Assembly: GCF_001194135.2 (NCBI RefSeq)
Contig: NC_068990.1
Span: 84,777,100-84,838,695 of the forward strand
DNA from: Octopus bimaculoides
Taxonomy: Eukaryota
Length of the DNA stretch: 61,596 nt
Direction: 5' to 3'
Part shown: positions 49,231 through 61,596 of the stretch, one piece after another
Layout of the letters: each line of letters opens with the position of its first letter
Numbering within the stretch: position 1 is the stretch's first letter
The notes under the pieces: model-generated
What the model was told of the DNA's origin: nothing
The model's input: only the letters and a program-made list of their open reading frames with translations
Databases searched by the model: none
Made by a program: the position numbers and the translations under genes

Positions 49231-52200
49231 GGATCATATTTTTGTTTCAAAAAATTTAATCTCACTTGAATTGAAAATAAAATGTTTCACAGTGCATTCA
49301 GAGGGAATGTAGACATTTTCATACATACAGGTGTGGAATCAGGAATACCAAATACATTTTTTAATATTTTTTTTTTACAAAGATTTTTACCACATGAGAA
49401 GCTTCATAGTGAGTACTAAACTTCCAAACCTAATCAGTTTGTTTTTTTTGCAGTACTCAAGCTCCACCTCACATGTTATCACCAGCTAAATCAATTTTAT
49501 AAAATTCGACACACACAAAGGTATTATTATTTACAATGTTTTCTAACACTTCTACACTATTTCTATCTATTTCATGTTTTCTATATCTGTTATACCATGA
49601 AATTTATTTAAACTTATTGTCTATATTTTATAAAGTTCATCATAACCAGTTTCATTCCTAACAGGGATATCACTACTAAACAATATATCAGTCAAGACAA
49701 AACAATATGTATGTCTACATAATCACTTGATCTACTGTTCAATGGAGAAACTAAATTTAGCTTAAGAAATACTCTATTGTCTTTATCTTTTTTGTTACTA
49801 TATTACTTTCAAGTAGATTGCTTACTGTGTTTTAGAAACTAATTTTCATATAATCAAAATTTGAGAGGGATTAATAAAATATCTGTAATTTTATTACATA
49901 TTGGTATATATTACGTTGGTGTTGATCGACTGGAAATTCTCATTATCATTCATGTTATCATGAGATTTTAACTCAAGATCTTATTGTAACAAAATTTTGA
50001 TATAATGTGAGTTAAATAAGTTACTATGCCTAGTATCAGGCAAGTTGGTATTAAAAGGATTAAAGCACACACTACACATTTAAGTCCTGAATCAAAGAGC
50101 AGTATATTTATGAGAACAAGGTAAAAATATATGCCTCCAAAGCACCAAAGGTTTTTTTAAGGGGCTGGCACTTAGTTCCATTTTTATAGTATTAGTCTGC
50201 TGAATGACAGATCTCTTCCTTGCTTAGGAGGCAGATCTATTCCAAGGCCACATATGTATTTAGCCGGAGGGGGTATAGATAATTGACTGAAGTAGCCCTA
50301 GTATTTTATTTTATTAATGTTGAAACAACAGAACGTAGAATTTGATTCCAATGGCATTTGAACTCAGAATGTAAAGGGTGGGAATTAAACATTGATATGC
50401 ATGTACTCTGGTTTTCTGTCATTCCCACAACAATATCAAATAATACCAGATCAATAAAAAGTTGAAGAACAGAAATTTAACAAACACCAACATATAAACA
50501 TGACTGTCAACCTTATAAATAGTCAATATAACCTGCAAACAACAGTATTCACAATTTATAATGCCATAGGCTGTTAAAAACAAAATAAAGTAAATGAAAT
50601 CTTTATTTTCTTATTATCCTCCATAGTTGGTTCTAAGTTCCTTAGTTTGTTTTAATTATCACAGTTAATACAATACTGAAAGGCTTCCTTAGCAGAATAA
50701 GTTACAATCTGTTGGAGCATTTCCCAGATTTCAAGATTCTAACTGATGTAGAGAAAGAAAATGACACTTCTGTTCTTGAATTTATACCAAGGACCAAAAG
50801 AATTCATTTATTTTCCAAAGTTCTTCTATTTCAAAGAATGTTTCTCTATTTTAGATATAGGAATGGCTAACTAGTTATGTAGTTTGCTTCCCAACTATGT
50901 GATTTCCAGTCAAATTCCACTGCAAAGTACTTTGAGAGAATGTCTTCTATCATAGCCGCAGATTGACCAAAGCTTTGTAAGTGAAATTTGGTAGATGGAA
51001 ACTGCATGGAAGCAAATCAGAGAGAGAAAGAGAGAGACAAACTTTTCTTGTTCTTGAGAGGTAAACTTAATTCATTGCCCAGTTTACCACCACCACCACT
51101 AAACCATAATCACATGACCATTGAGTGTCTTTAGCAGAGACCTTTCTGTTATAAATATTCAGGACAGGTCTCTGGTTTGTGGAAAACTTCTTCCCTTCCT
51201 CCTATCAATCATAAAGATGCTGCACTTCTGACTTTGGAGTTAAAATTGAAAAAAAGTTATTAAAAATAAAAACATTAGTGTTGGATTTGTAACAAAAAAG
51301 AAAAAGAAAAAAGCATTTAGATTTTATTTTCACACTTCGTGGATGTTTGATGGTCTTTTTTTTGTTTCAGTTCTGGTAGGAAATGTTAGTGCCAGGAAAT
51401 TGACAGGAGTAAATCCAAAGAATCAGTCTTTGGTAGTATGGTAGTGCTAATAATGATGATGATAATAATATCGCCCTATTATATTAAAGATGAAGTGTGT
51501 AATGATAATATAATGATAGAGTTTTAGTCCAAGGAATTTTTTCTTTGAATATCTTTTAAAAAATGAAATTAAGTTGAATATTACAAAGTTTCACTGTGAG
51601 CCTTGAAATATTTGAATGTGCATCAGCCCTTTTAATTAAAGTTGCGTGTGTGTGTGTGTGTGTGTGTGCATATACATATGAGTATTACACAAGCACATCT
51701 ATTTAATACTCTTTAATACACAAACATATATTTCATTATATTATGCACACACTCATTTATTCCAAATGAAGGGTTCCCTTTACTGCTATTCTGGATTTCT
51801 GCTCTCAACTGCAACTGAAATCCAAAGTTTAAATTATGGATTTTATGACATCCTAAGATCTTCAACTGATAGTCATTCCCAGGTTTAAGAGGCATGGCCA
51901 ATCTAAGTTATTTATGGTGTTTGAAGTTAAGGTTAGGATTTAGACTTATTGAAATTAGTGTGATATAAATCTTGTTGACATACTGTCTGTACTGAAACAT
52001 TTCAAAACTATCAGAAACAACATTCCCTCTCAAATTATGAGATATTGAACCTAAAAGAAAGAAAAAAAAAAGAATAAAAGATGTAAATTTTTCCCAAACC
52101 TCATGAAACATCATCACATCATCATTATCATCATCATCATCATCATTTTACATCTGTTTTTCCATGCTTGTTTGGGTCTGCTCCAGTACATCTCAACACT

Positions 52201-52794
52201 TTTGTTGTGGTCATTTTGTCATCTCTTTCTGTGAGGTCTAGGATTCTGAGATTAACTTTCATCACTTTTTCCCCACATCTTCCTCAATCTTTTACAGACT
52301 TTTCGCGCTTGGATCACTGTTGACATGTGGTCATGTAGCATGTCATAGTTGTGGATCATGCATTTGTACTGTAACTACATGTGGTCGTTAAATGTGCAAC
52401 CCTAAATTTTGTTGTTTGGGGATACATGACCTGCTTTAATTCTGTATATAAGAAAATGTGCGGGGCAAATATTGCAACTGAAGATGTTAAGTAGGGAGGA
52501 GAGAAGGAGAGATATATATTGATAGAGAGAGATAGGAACAGACAGAAATGAACATTCATGGTTAGCTGAAACAATTATAATCATCAATCTGTCTCCTGAT
52601 AATCAGAAAAAAAAAAAAATCACTAAAAAAGACAAAGAAGTGTTTTAGCATGGAAATTGTCTTTAAATAATCAACAGAAATGATACGAAATGTATTTATA
52701 CAGAGTTGAGATATGCTGACATATATACATGTTTGCATGTGTGTGTGTGTGTATGTTGTGTGTGTGTGTGTGTGCATGCATGTGTTTAAGTATT

Positions 52795-55700
52795 TTATTC
52801 CCCAATGCTATCATCAATTGGTGTCTGAACTAATGTCAATTTGTCATCCACACCACTGATATATGGGCTTGGCAAGTTGTTGTTATATCGGTAAAACATT
52901 GAAATGATGCTATATAAAATCACATCCGCAGCCATGAGGGCAGAAAACAGGAAAAACTCTGAAGCCTGGAAGAAATTGAAAAACATTTAAAATAGAAAAT
53001 TATAGCATTTTGGCTATGGTCCCTAAAAAATATTTTAAATATTTACCTCTAACATTACGTTTTCTTTTAAATCATTTTATAAACTGTGACAGACTAAATA
53101 TGTCTGCAATAGACAGTATTCTATGTAAATACATCAACATATCCAGCATTGTTAAAATTATGAATGTTTAAACCTTAAACAAGGCACATTACTCTTTAGA
53201 AATATATTGGTATATTTAACATTATGTTTTATGAAGGCTAAATTATCAGTACTAAAAAATAATGTAAAGAATCAGAAGAAATGGCACTGAGCAGCTTGTC
53301 TGATGTGCTAATGATTCTGCCAAATTGCCACCTGTATGGGCTAAATTGTTGTCATTATCATGTTTCTTTCCTAGTCTGGGAAATTCTGCCAGGGTCGACT
53401 TTAACTTGCATTTTTTGGGGATCATTAAAGTAAGTACTAACTAAGTATTGGGGTTGATGGTAACTGACTTTTCCCTCTCTTCAAAAACTGCTGGTCTTGT
53501 GCCAAAATCATCATCTTTGCTATTATCATTATTATGGCAGAATTGTTAGTACACTGTGAAAAATGCTTAGTAGCATTTTGTCTGTTGCTACATTCTGAGT
53601 TCAAATTCCACTGAGGACAACTTTACCTTTCATCCTTTTGGGATCGATAAATTAAGTACCAGTTGAGTACTGGGGATCAAGTAATCGACTAGTCACCTCA
53701 GGCCTTGTGCTTATAGCAGAAAGAATTATTATTATTATTATTATTATCTTTTATTTGATTTGATAAGTGGAAGCAAGATCCATGGGAGAGATGATTGTAT
53801 TAGAGATACAGATTGGAATCTTTTCTACACTAGGCACAAGGCCTGAAATTTTGGAGGAGGGGGCCCAGTCAATTAGATCGACACCAATATGCAACTGGAA
53901 CTTAATTTATTGACCCCAAAAGGATGAAAGGCAAAGTTGACCTCGGCGGAATGATACAGATTAGAACACTACATCAATGGTTCAAGATCCCCAAAACTTA
54001 ACTAGTTGGTCACAACACCTGTCATTAAGATTACAAAAGTTAAATATAGCCTTACCTGATTTTCAATAAGTGATGTTTGAGCTACGAACACAACAATAAG
54101 ATTTCCTACTGCGACTGTCAACAACCAAGCTGCTTGAACAACTGATTTCATTGACACAGGAGCCTGTGAAACAAACAAAGACATTCATAAACTAATTGAA
54201 AAGCAAGAGAAGTCTAACAGACTGTAATAACCTGTTACTGAGGGCCCACGCACTTACTTGCTAAAACCATCTCTTTAGGGTACAAATAAGCTTTAGTTGC
54301 AAAACAGTTGCTCACTTATTACAAGTTTCAAACATGTTCTACACAAAGATTATTGCTCACATATTCAGACAGTACACCCACCACAAAAACAGACACATTC
54401 CACATGGTAGTCAAGGAAAAGCCCATTCTGATAACAGAAATTACTTTATTTGAAGAATAAGGCATTGTACTGATGCATCAATCAACTCTGCTTGAGTAGA
54501 CCTATGACATGATCAATCCATATTCCTTACAATGTGGATAAGAAACTTATTGTATACAATGCTCAGATGCACTACAAACCATTGGATAGGTCCTACTTTC
54601 TTCTGCTCCAAGACTAAGTTGCTTTCTTTTTCTTGCAATGAATGGATATGTCAAGATTGTGGCAGTTGAGTATGCTGCATGTATTCTGCAATCATCTTGT
54701 TTATGCACAATAAACACAGTTACAAGTTGCAGCAGAGCTCAGAATCATATACTTGGTTGGTGTATGATGATAAGGATCATCATCATCATTTAACGTCTGT
54801 TTTCCATGCTGGCATGGGTTGGATGGCTTGACAGGAGCTGGTAAGGCCAGGGACCACACCACATTCTGTAGTCTATTTTGGCTTGGTTTCTACAGATGGA
54901 TACCCTTCTTAATGCCAGCCACTATACAGAGTGTAATGGGTGATTTTTATGTGGTATCATCACCAGTGCTTGAATATTTAGTATTTACAAGAGACAGGGT
55001 GGTAAACCAAGAACAGAGTTATTGACAACAAGATATTAGAATATGCAGTAAAATTGGATAAAAAATGCGTGTCAGTGTATGTGTGTGTGCAGAATATAAA
55101 TCAAAATACATTTAAAGATAGCATGTTTAAAACATCTCCNNNNNNNNNNNNNNNNNNNNNNNNNNNNNNNNNNNNNNNNNNNNNNNNNNNNNNNNNNNNN
55201 NNNNNNNNNNAAGTTGCTTTCTTTTTCTTGCAATGAATGGATATGTCAAGATTGTGGCAGTTGAGTATGCTGCATGTATTCTGCAATCATCTTGTTTATG
55301 CACAATAAACACAGTTACAAGTTGCAGCAGAGCTCAGAATCATATACTTGGTTGGTGTATGATGATAAGGATCATCATCATCATTTAACGTCCGCTTTCC
55401 ATGCTGGCATGAGTTGGACGGTTTGACAGGCGCTGGCTAGGCAGAAGACTGCATGCATTATGTTTCAGTGTCTCTTTTGGCCAGGTTTTTTTTTTTTAAT
55501 GGCTGGATGCCCTTTCTAACACCAACCACCCTGCAGAGTGGACTGAGTGCTTTTTACATGGCACCAGCACAAGCAAAGTCAGTTTTTACATGGTTTGATG
55601 CCCTTGCAAGCGTCAACCACTTTACAGTGTGGACTGAATGCTTTATATGTTTCTACATGAAAACTACAATTTGACTAACCATCTTGTGAATAAGAACAAT

Positions 55701-58700
55701 GTTAATTTAGAAATAAATGCCCATAGCTTGAATTCAGTTTAGATGATGTACATATCAAGGAATAAGACACCTGATGACAATCAGACACCAAACTGATCAA
55801 AACAATGTAAATGTAAATAACATTTTTTAAAAATTCATCTCTAAAGATGATGATAATAGTCTGAAAGAATATGATCTTACAATGATTGTAGTAGCAAGTT
55901 GGAACTAATAACCACAAAGTGAGTAGTTGAACATATTAACCTCACGTGCATTGGGTCTACATTGTTGTTTATTAGTAAATATTAAAAGGTGACTAAGAAA
56001 CAAATATTTGTATAAGAATAAAATTTAAAAATAAAAAAAACTTACTTCAGAATAAGCAAATGTGAGGCCAGTCACTGAGAACATAACCTCACCAATAGTA
56101 ATTAGAAGATACTGTGGTATTTGGAGTAACATTGATACAGTGTGTTCTATTAATCCATGAAATATCTTTATATCAAACTGGAATAAAAGAAAGTGGAAAT
56201 GTGCATATGAAAAAATGTTAGAATATGAAATTATTTTATTTCATTCATAAAAGTTAAACTTGTTCTGTATTATTAGAAACACATTAAAGCCAGGATTTAT
56301 GACATTAATCATGCTTTGTATCACAATACTGCTTTTACTAATAATAATAAGAGTTTCTTATTTACTGACAAGGTTAGCAATTCTGAAGAATTGAGTTAGT
56401 CAATTACATCAACCCCAGTGCTTGACAGAAGGTGGCAGGCTAGCAGAATTGTTAGCACAATGGACAAAATGCTTAACAGTATTTCTTCTGGCTCTTTATG
56501 TTCTGAGTTCAAATCCCACTAAGGTCAACTTTGTCTCTCATCCTTTTCTGGTCAATCAAGTAATGTACCAGTCGAGTATGGGAATAGGTGTAATTGACTT
56601 GTCCTTTTCCCTCAAAACTACTAGTCTTGAACACTACAACAGACTGGTGTCCTGTTGAGGGAGAATGTTGCAATCCCAATCACTTACACATCATGGACAC
56701 CAGGTAACTGGCCTTATAAGTCCTGGGTCACAAGAAAAAAAAAAAGAAAAGAACTTGGCAAGTACTTTATTTTATTGGCCTCATTAAATTTGGTGTGGTT
56801 TGAACTTGGAATGTAATGAACTGGAAGAAATATCACAAGGCATTTTGTTTGGTGGTCTAACGCTTCTGCCAAATGACCACCATTAATAAAAACAATAGTA
56901 GTAACTGCTATAATTTAAGTGGATAGTCAGCAATTTTAGAGAGGAGACAATAAAGTAACTGCATTGCTCTGACCTCCACTCCCCAGTATATGGGTGGTAT
57001 TTTACTTTATTGACTCCAGAAGAATGTATGGCAAAGTTTACAATAGTAGGATTGCAACCAGTTACCACATGGTTTGGCACTGTAATGATTCGAACAATCC
57101 ACCACCCTAACAATAGTAGTAGTAGTAGTAGTATCCCTCAACTCACAATAACATCTTAAAGACAGATTGCATAATGTAGTCCTGGATACACCAATTAAGA
57201 GATGGGAAGGTCACAGCTGGGAATAAGTCTGTCGACCGGGGGTCAAATGACAACTACATACTAAATTAATACTTTACCTTATGTTTACGTCCATGGGGTA
57301 CAATGACAACTGTGTATGTAGCACCTGTTAATAATTCTAATATGTGTTGTGTTTTTACCCACTCACTTTTGTTTTTACCTTGGTTATATATTGTATACCT
57401 GAAACAGAAATGGTAACATTAGACATGCAGGCACCAGTTACACCAATATCATTTCTCACATTAATAAATAGTTAAGTAGCAAGCCACAAGTCAGCAATGC
57501 AGGGTACTGGATGAGAGTGTACAGAACAGAGTCAAGAGGGAGGATATTGATGAAGATGACGATGATGATGTGTGTGTATACATACACTTTCACATGCACA
57601 AACACATCATATACATACAAACCCCTCTAGGAAAATGCACACATATACACAACACAAATTTTCAACTCAACAATACTTTACATGCCTTTTTTTCTTTTCT
57701 AGATAGTTAGAAATATTTTTTTTACAAAATTTCAATATAAAATAATATTTCTCTTTTGTTGATTTACTTACTCTCCTGGATCGATATTCATAAAAGGAGT
57801 CACAAACATTTGTGTATTGTTTAAAATGAATTCAGAATCCTCAGACTTCAATTTAATGCGAGAGCTGTAGGAATTTGGAAGCATACTGAAGAAGCTGTAA
57901 TGGAAAGTTGGAAATAATATAATGAAAAATTTAACAAAAATAAGAAAGTAAAAATTAATAAAAAAGGATATGAAATATAGAAAGAAAATACCCCAAAATA
58001 ATACAAAACAAAAATATAGCAAATCTTAGAACTTAATTTTCAGTAATGATTTCTGACCATGAAGAGCATTCAGCTGTAGAAACTCTGCCAAATCAGATTG
58101 GAGCCTGGTGTAGCCATCTGGTTCACCAGTCCTCAGTCAAATCGTCCAACCCATGCTAGCATGGAAAGTGGACATTAAACGATGATGATGATGATGATGA
58201 CTGACGGTGCTCTAGAAATGGTCAATTCTGGTTCCAGCTGCTTTGTAGCTACTCCTACATCAGTCTGTTTTCCAGCTTCTTTAAGCAGAAAACTCCCAGC
58301 TGTCCCATAGTGTATTACAGGTAGCAACTAGCCCTTTCTACCTAGCATCACCACACTCATAGCTTTTGTTTCTTTTTACTCACAACAGGATACAGCTCAG
58401 GAATAGCCCTATGGTATCAATGAGAGGAGTATCACGAGAACTTGTATGCCTGTACAGATCTCTGATGATCACATAAGTTTTAGTTAGTTCAGTACGTACT
58501 AGCTTCTCATATTTTGTCACAACAGTTATAATGAACTGAAGGTCAATGTCACTGGCAATGCGACCCTTGTATTCTCAGCACCTTGCTTTAACCTTGGACT
58601 TGAAGATTAGACATGCACACACCTATATGTCCTGCTATAGTTGAAATCTCAATGTTTTTTTTTTGTTAATATTCCTGTCTACCAATATACCCACTCTAAT

Positions 58701-59235
58701 ATTTCCTGTCAAAATCAGTGGTTTTGTGCCAATGATAGAAATGTTCAGCTCCATGTTCAGTTGTTAGTAAAGTCAAGTTTGTCCCAATGTTATTTTGCAG
58801 AAAGGATGTGCACCTGTGATTTGAGAAGGTACCAGTGACATTCAGAAAATAGCTCTAATGTCCTCCTCCATCTTAGTCATTAGCTTTCATTTTAAGAGAT
58901 TAAGTCATATTTTAGAGCTCTTTCTTCTGATGAAGAAAAGTTCAAACTTACCTGACAGAGGTCATATATTTTGGAGGCTTCTCTGATTGTTCCAAGGCCT
59001 ACAATGAAAAATATTAACATATTATATATGTGTGTGTATGTGCGAGTGCATGTGTGTGTGTATTTACAAGTACAGGATAAATCAGTTTATGTTACTAGTA
59101 AAATTTAAAAAATGACATAAAATAAATATATACACACATATTTTCCACTAAAATTTGTTAAATTACAATCAAATATATTTTTTTTAAATAGATAAAAATC
59201 AGTGATATATGTCGAAAATAAAGTAGTTTTCATAC

Positions 59236-59267
<32 letters not shown>

Positions 59268-60195
59268 CTGAACTGCATGGATTTTAGTGTCTTGTTCGTA
59301 GAAAAGTAATCGAGATGCTTGGCCTTTGTTAAGCTGAATATCAATTTTGGTCATATTGTCAGATGTACATGATTCAGAATAGTTGACTGAGAAGTTACCA
59401 GGATTATTTTTGGTCAAGTTTGATGACTGTTTAAAACAGAAAATATAAAAAGTTATAACTAGAAAGTTAAACAAACATTTTCTACAAAACAACTATTTTG
59501 CTCAAGACTGTCTGGCAGCTATTTTGCAAGGCTTACATTTATGAGATAATTTTCGGAAATTTAGTCATTTATCCTAACAACTCAATCATGAAGTAGAAGC
59601 GGAAGCTATTGTCAGACAAGCAGACTGAGTTAAACAGAATTATGGGTTTGGCCCAGGAACTAAATACAGTTGCTGTAATAGGGTTGTGGCTTTTTTTTGG
59701 TGCTTTAACAAAGAATTCATAAAAGTAGGTCAAACACTAAAATCTATCTTTAAACAAATGGTTAAATCTTAGAGAAAGTCTATAAAAACACACATTTAAC
59801 CCTTTATCATTTAAACCAGCTATATCTGGCCCAAGCATTCTACCTATGTTATATTCGAACCAGCTAGGTCTGGTCTCTCACACCTACCCTACAATATCAT
59901 TCTAAAATCTAAGCAATCACATCATGAAAATCTACAAGCTACAAGATAGATACTACATGGTTAATTCGAGACAATGTGAATAGATAAGCATTACATGTGA
60001 CAGATTAATTTAAATGCTGAAAGGGTTAAAACCCATTTGTCACAGACAAAATATTTCTTTTTATATTGGTTACAAAATTCCATATCTTGTTCCCCTAAAA
60101 ATAGTAAAGACATGATATAATAAAGAGTGACCAATGGTTGCACATCTACAAAAGCTGCAGGTTTGTGGACAGCTTATCAGACTCGATACAAAGAC

Positions 60196-60227
<32 letters not shown>

Positions 60228-60869
60228 TTACATAAACATAATAAAAACAGATGAATAGGTTATCTAGTTTTGCCTCAATCTTTTATGGACCCCTTGTAAT
60301 CAAAACTACATATATTTAATATAGTGGAGGCGCAATGGCCCAGTGGTTAGGGCAGCGGACTCGCAGTCATAGGATCGCGGTTTCGATTCCCAGACCGGGC
60401 GTTGTGAGTGTTTATTGAGCAAAAACACCTAAAGCTCCACGAGGCTCCAGCAGGGGATGGTGGCGAACTCTGCTGTATTCTTTCACCACAACTTTCTCTC
60501 ACTCTTACTTCCTGTTTCTGCTGTACCTGTAATTCAAAGGGTCAGCCTTGTCACACTGTGTCACGCTGAATATCCCCGAGAACTACGTTAAGGGTACATG
60601 TGGAGTGCTCAGCCACTTGCACGTTAATTTCACGAGCAGGCTGTTCCGTTGATCGGATCAACTGGAACCCTTGACGTCGTAAGCGACGGAGTGCCAACAA
60701 CAACGACATAATATAACTTTTAAGAAACCAACATCAAGAGTCATGAACTTACCTGAAGATATTGGAGGTCTCCAGTAAAATAAATGGACTCTACTGACAC
60801 TTCACATGAGGCTACATTTACAATTGACAGTCCACTTTGGTCAGGAGAAATCTGAGGCTCAGCTATACG
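52795..60869 (-). CDS. Proton-coupled oligopeptide transporter SLC15A1/SLC15A2 (PEPT)-like, 3' part (8 exons); gene continues beyond the right edge
   Basis: Exons (minus): 60869-60753, 59426-59268, 58998-58952, 57894-57772, 57398-57278, 56177-56046, 54163-54056, 52965-52795 (978 nt, ends TAA). Encodes the large extracellular loop, then VSMLLQIPQYLLITIGEVMFSVTGLTFAYSE|APVSMKSVVQAAWLLTVAVGNLIVVFVA|..ASEFFLFSALM, the PEPT TM10-12 signature. The paralogue (A1 vs A2) cannot be assigned. Confidence 0.93.
53270..53960. mobile_element. Family-A SINE cluster including oppositely oriented copies in an SLC15 intron
   Basis: A + copy at about 53535-53750 ending in (att)n, and a - copy at about 53820-53950. 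Confidence 0.75.
59800..60025. mobile_element. piggyBac-type MITE with TTAA target duplication
   Basis: TTAA-ccctttatcatttaaa ... tttaaatgctgaaaggg-TTAA (59796-59799 and 60026-60029). Confidence 0.8.
60324..60704 (+). mobile_element. tRNA-derived SINE, family C, apparently full length
   Basis: A-box TGGCCCAGTGG, B-box-like GGTTTCGATTCCC, conserved body and (aac)n tail; a partial copy lies at about 16800-16960. Confidence 0.88.
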
Positions 60870-61236
60870 CTTTAGAAATTACAAGATAAATAAACAAATA
60901 AGTAAACATGAATAAAAAATAAAAGAACTATAGTTTAAGCTCCAAAAATATATTAAAATTTTACCAAAAATTATAATTACCAAAATAATAATATTGTGAC
61001 TCAGACTGCTCACATAACGGCCAAATTCTGACCAACATTTGTGCCAGAGAAGGAGCTTATATTTAGTCACCAGACCTGCTTAAGAGTCACCCTAAAATAG
61101 TTTTTGATAATCAGGCTTCGGTATTTCAAATGTCAAATCTTAAGTAGGACATCATATCTTATAATAAAGACATATGTCATAAGATATATATATATATACA
61201 TACATACATACAAATACATCTTAAAATAAAGATATA

Positions 61237-61596
61237 TACTCTTTACGTTTTTACTTGTTTCAGTCATTTGACTGTGGCCATGCTGGAGCACCGCCTTTAG
61301 TCGAGAAAATTGACTCCAGGACTTATTCTTTGTAAGTCAAGTACTTATTCTATCGGTCTCTTTTGCCGAACTGCTAAGTTACGGGGACATAAATACACCG
61401 GCATCGGTTGTCAAGCGATGTTGAGTGGACAAACACAGACACACAAACATATACACACACACATACACATATACATATACATATATACAACGGGCTTCTT
61501 TCAGTTTCCATCTACCAAATCCACTCACAAGGCTTTGGTCGGCCCGAGGCTATAGTAGAAGACACTTGCCTAAAGTGCCACGCAGTGGGACTGAAC
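61237..61596 (-). mobile_element. tRNA-derived SINE, family B, running off the window edge
   Basis: Reverse complement of the 41991-42373 element. Confidence 0.88.

Noticed and set aside
44870-52000. Possible plus-strand exons downstream of the donors at 35724 and 36527
   Set aside because: Isolated acceptor-like sites exist (about 44876, 46838, 50664), but no phase-consistent, recognisable ORF could be assembled.
54616-55392. Identical 182-bp segments at 54616-54797 and 55211-55392
   Set aside because: The second copy begins exactly at an N gap and the two diverge inside a common repeat; most likely a contig overlap or mis-join, not biology.
60324-60400. tRNA gene
   Set aside because: A and B boxes are present, but there is no proper cloverleaf or acceptor stem and the sequence continues into a multicopy SINE body.
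5649-61555. The many 60-100 aa ORFs with GTG/TTG starts, or made of microsatellite or poly-T runs
   Set aside because: They are expected by chance or come from SINE/LINE antisense frames; alternative starts are not meaningful for this spliced eukaryotic DNA.

Overview
AT-rich eukaryotic genomic DNA with six short N gaps. The repeat landscape (tRNA-derived SINEs, RTE-type LINE ends with (GAT)n tails, mariner/maT/Helitron/piggyBac relics) looks like an octopus (cephalopod) genome; this is inferred from repeat families and not verified. Three spliced protein-coding genes could be assembled exon by exon with consistent GT-AG sites and phases. (1) METTL23-like methyltransferase, + strand, 849-4783, 4 exons, 5' end probably outside the window. 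(2) USP37-like deubiquitinase, - strand, 31290-8700, 22 coding exons, about 862 aa; a motif-rich putative promoter and first exon lie at about 40.7-41.05 kb. (3) 3' half of an SLC15A1/2 (PEPT-type) peptide transporter, - strand, 60869-52795, 8 exons, continuing beyond the window. Almost all ORFs in the supplied track are chance ORFs or TE fragments. Most interesting observations: two complementary halves of a mariner (348 + about 942 bp, about one full element) whose matching TIRs bracket USP37 coding exons 1-3 including the start codon; a 4x tandem amplification of that mariner's host/TIR junction; a LINE-derived intact PHD-type finger in frame with a USP37 UIM exon; three telomeric repeats at the 5' truncation point of a LINE in the polarity telomerase would add them; a Ser (AGT) at the normally Gly motif-I position of METTL23 that one A-to-I edit would restore; and a candidate 11-nt poison microexon in USP37. 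All are sequence-based hypotheses that need computational or experimental tests.
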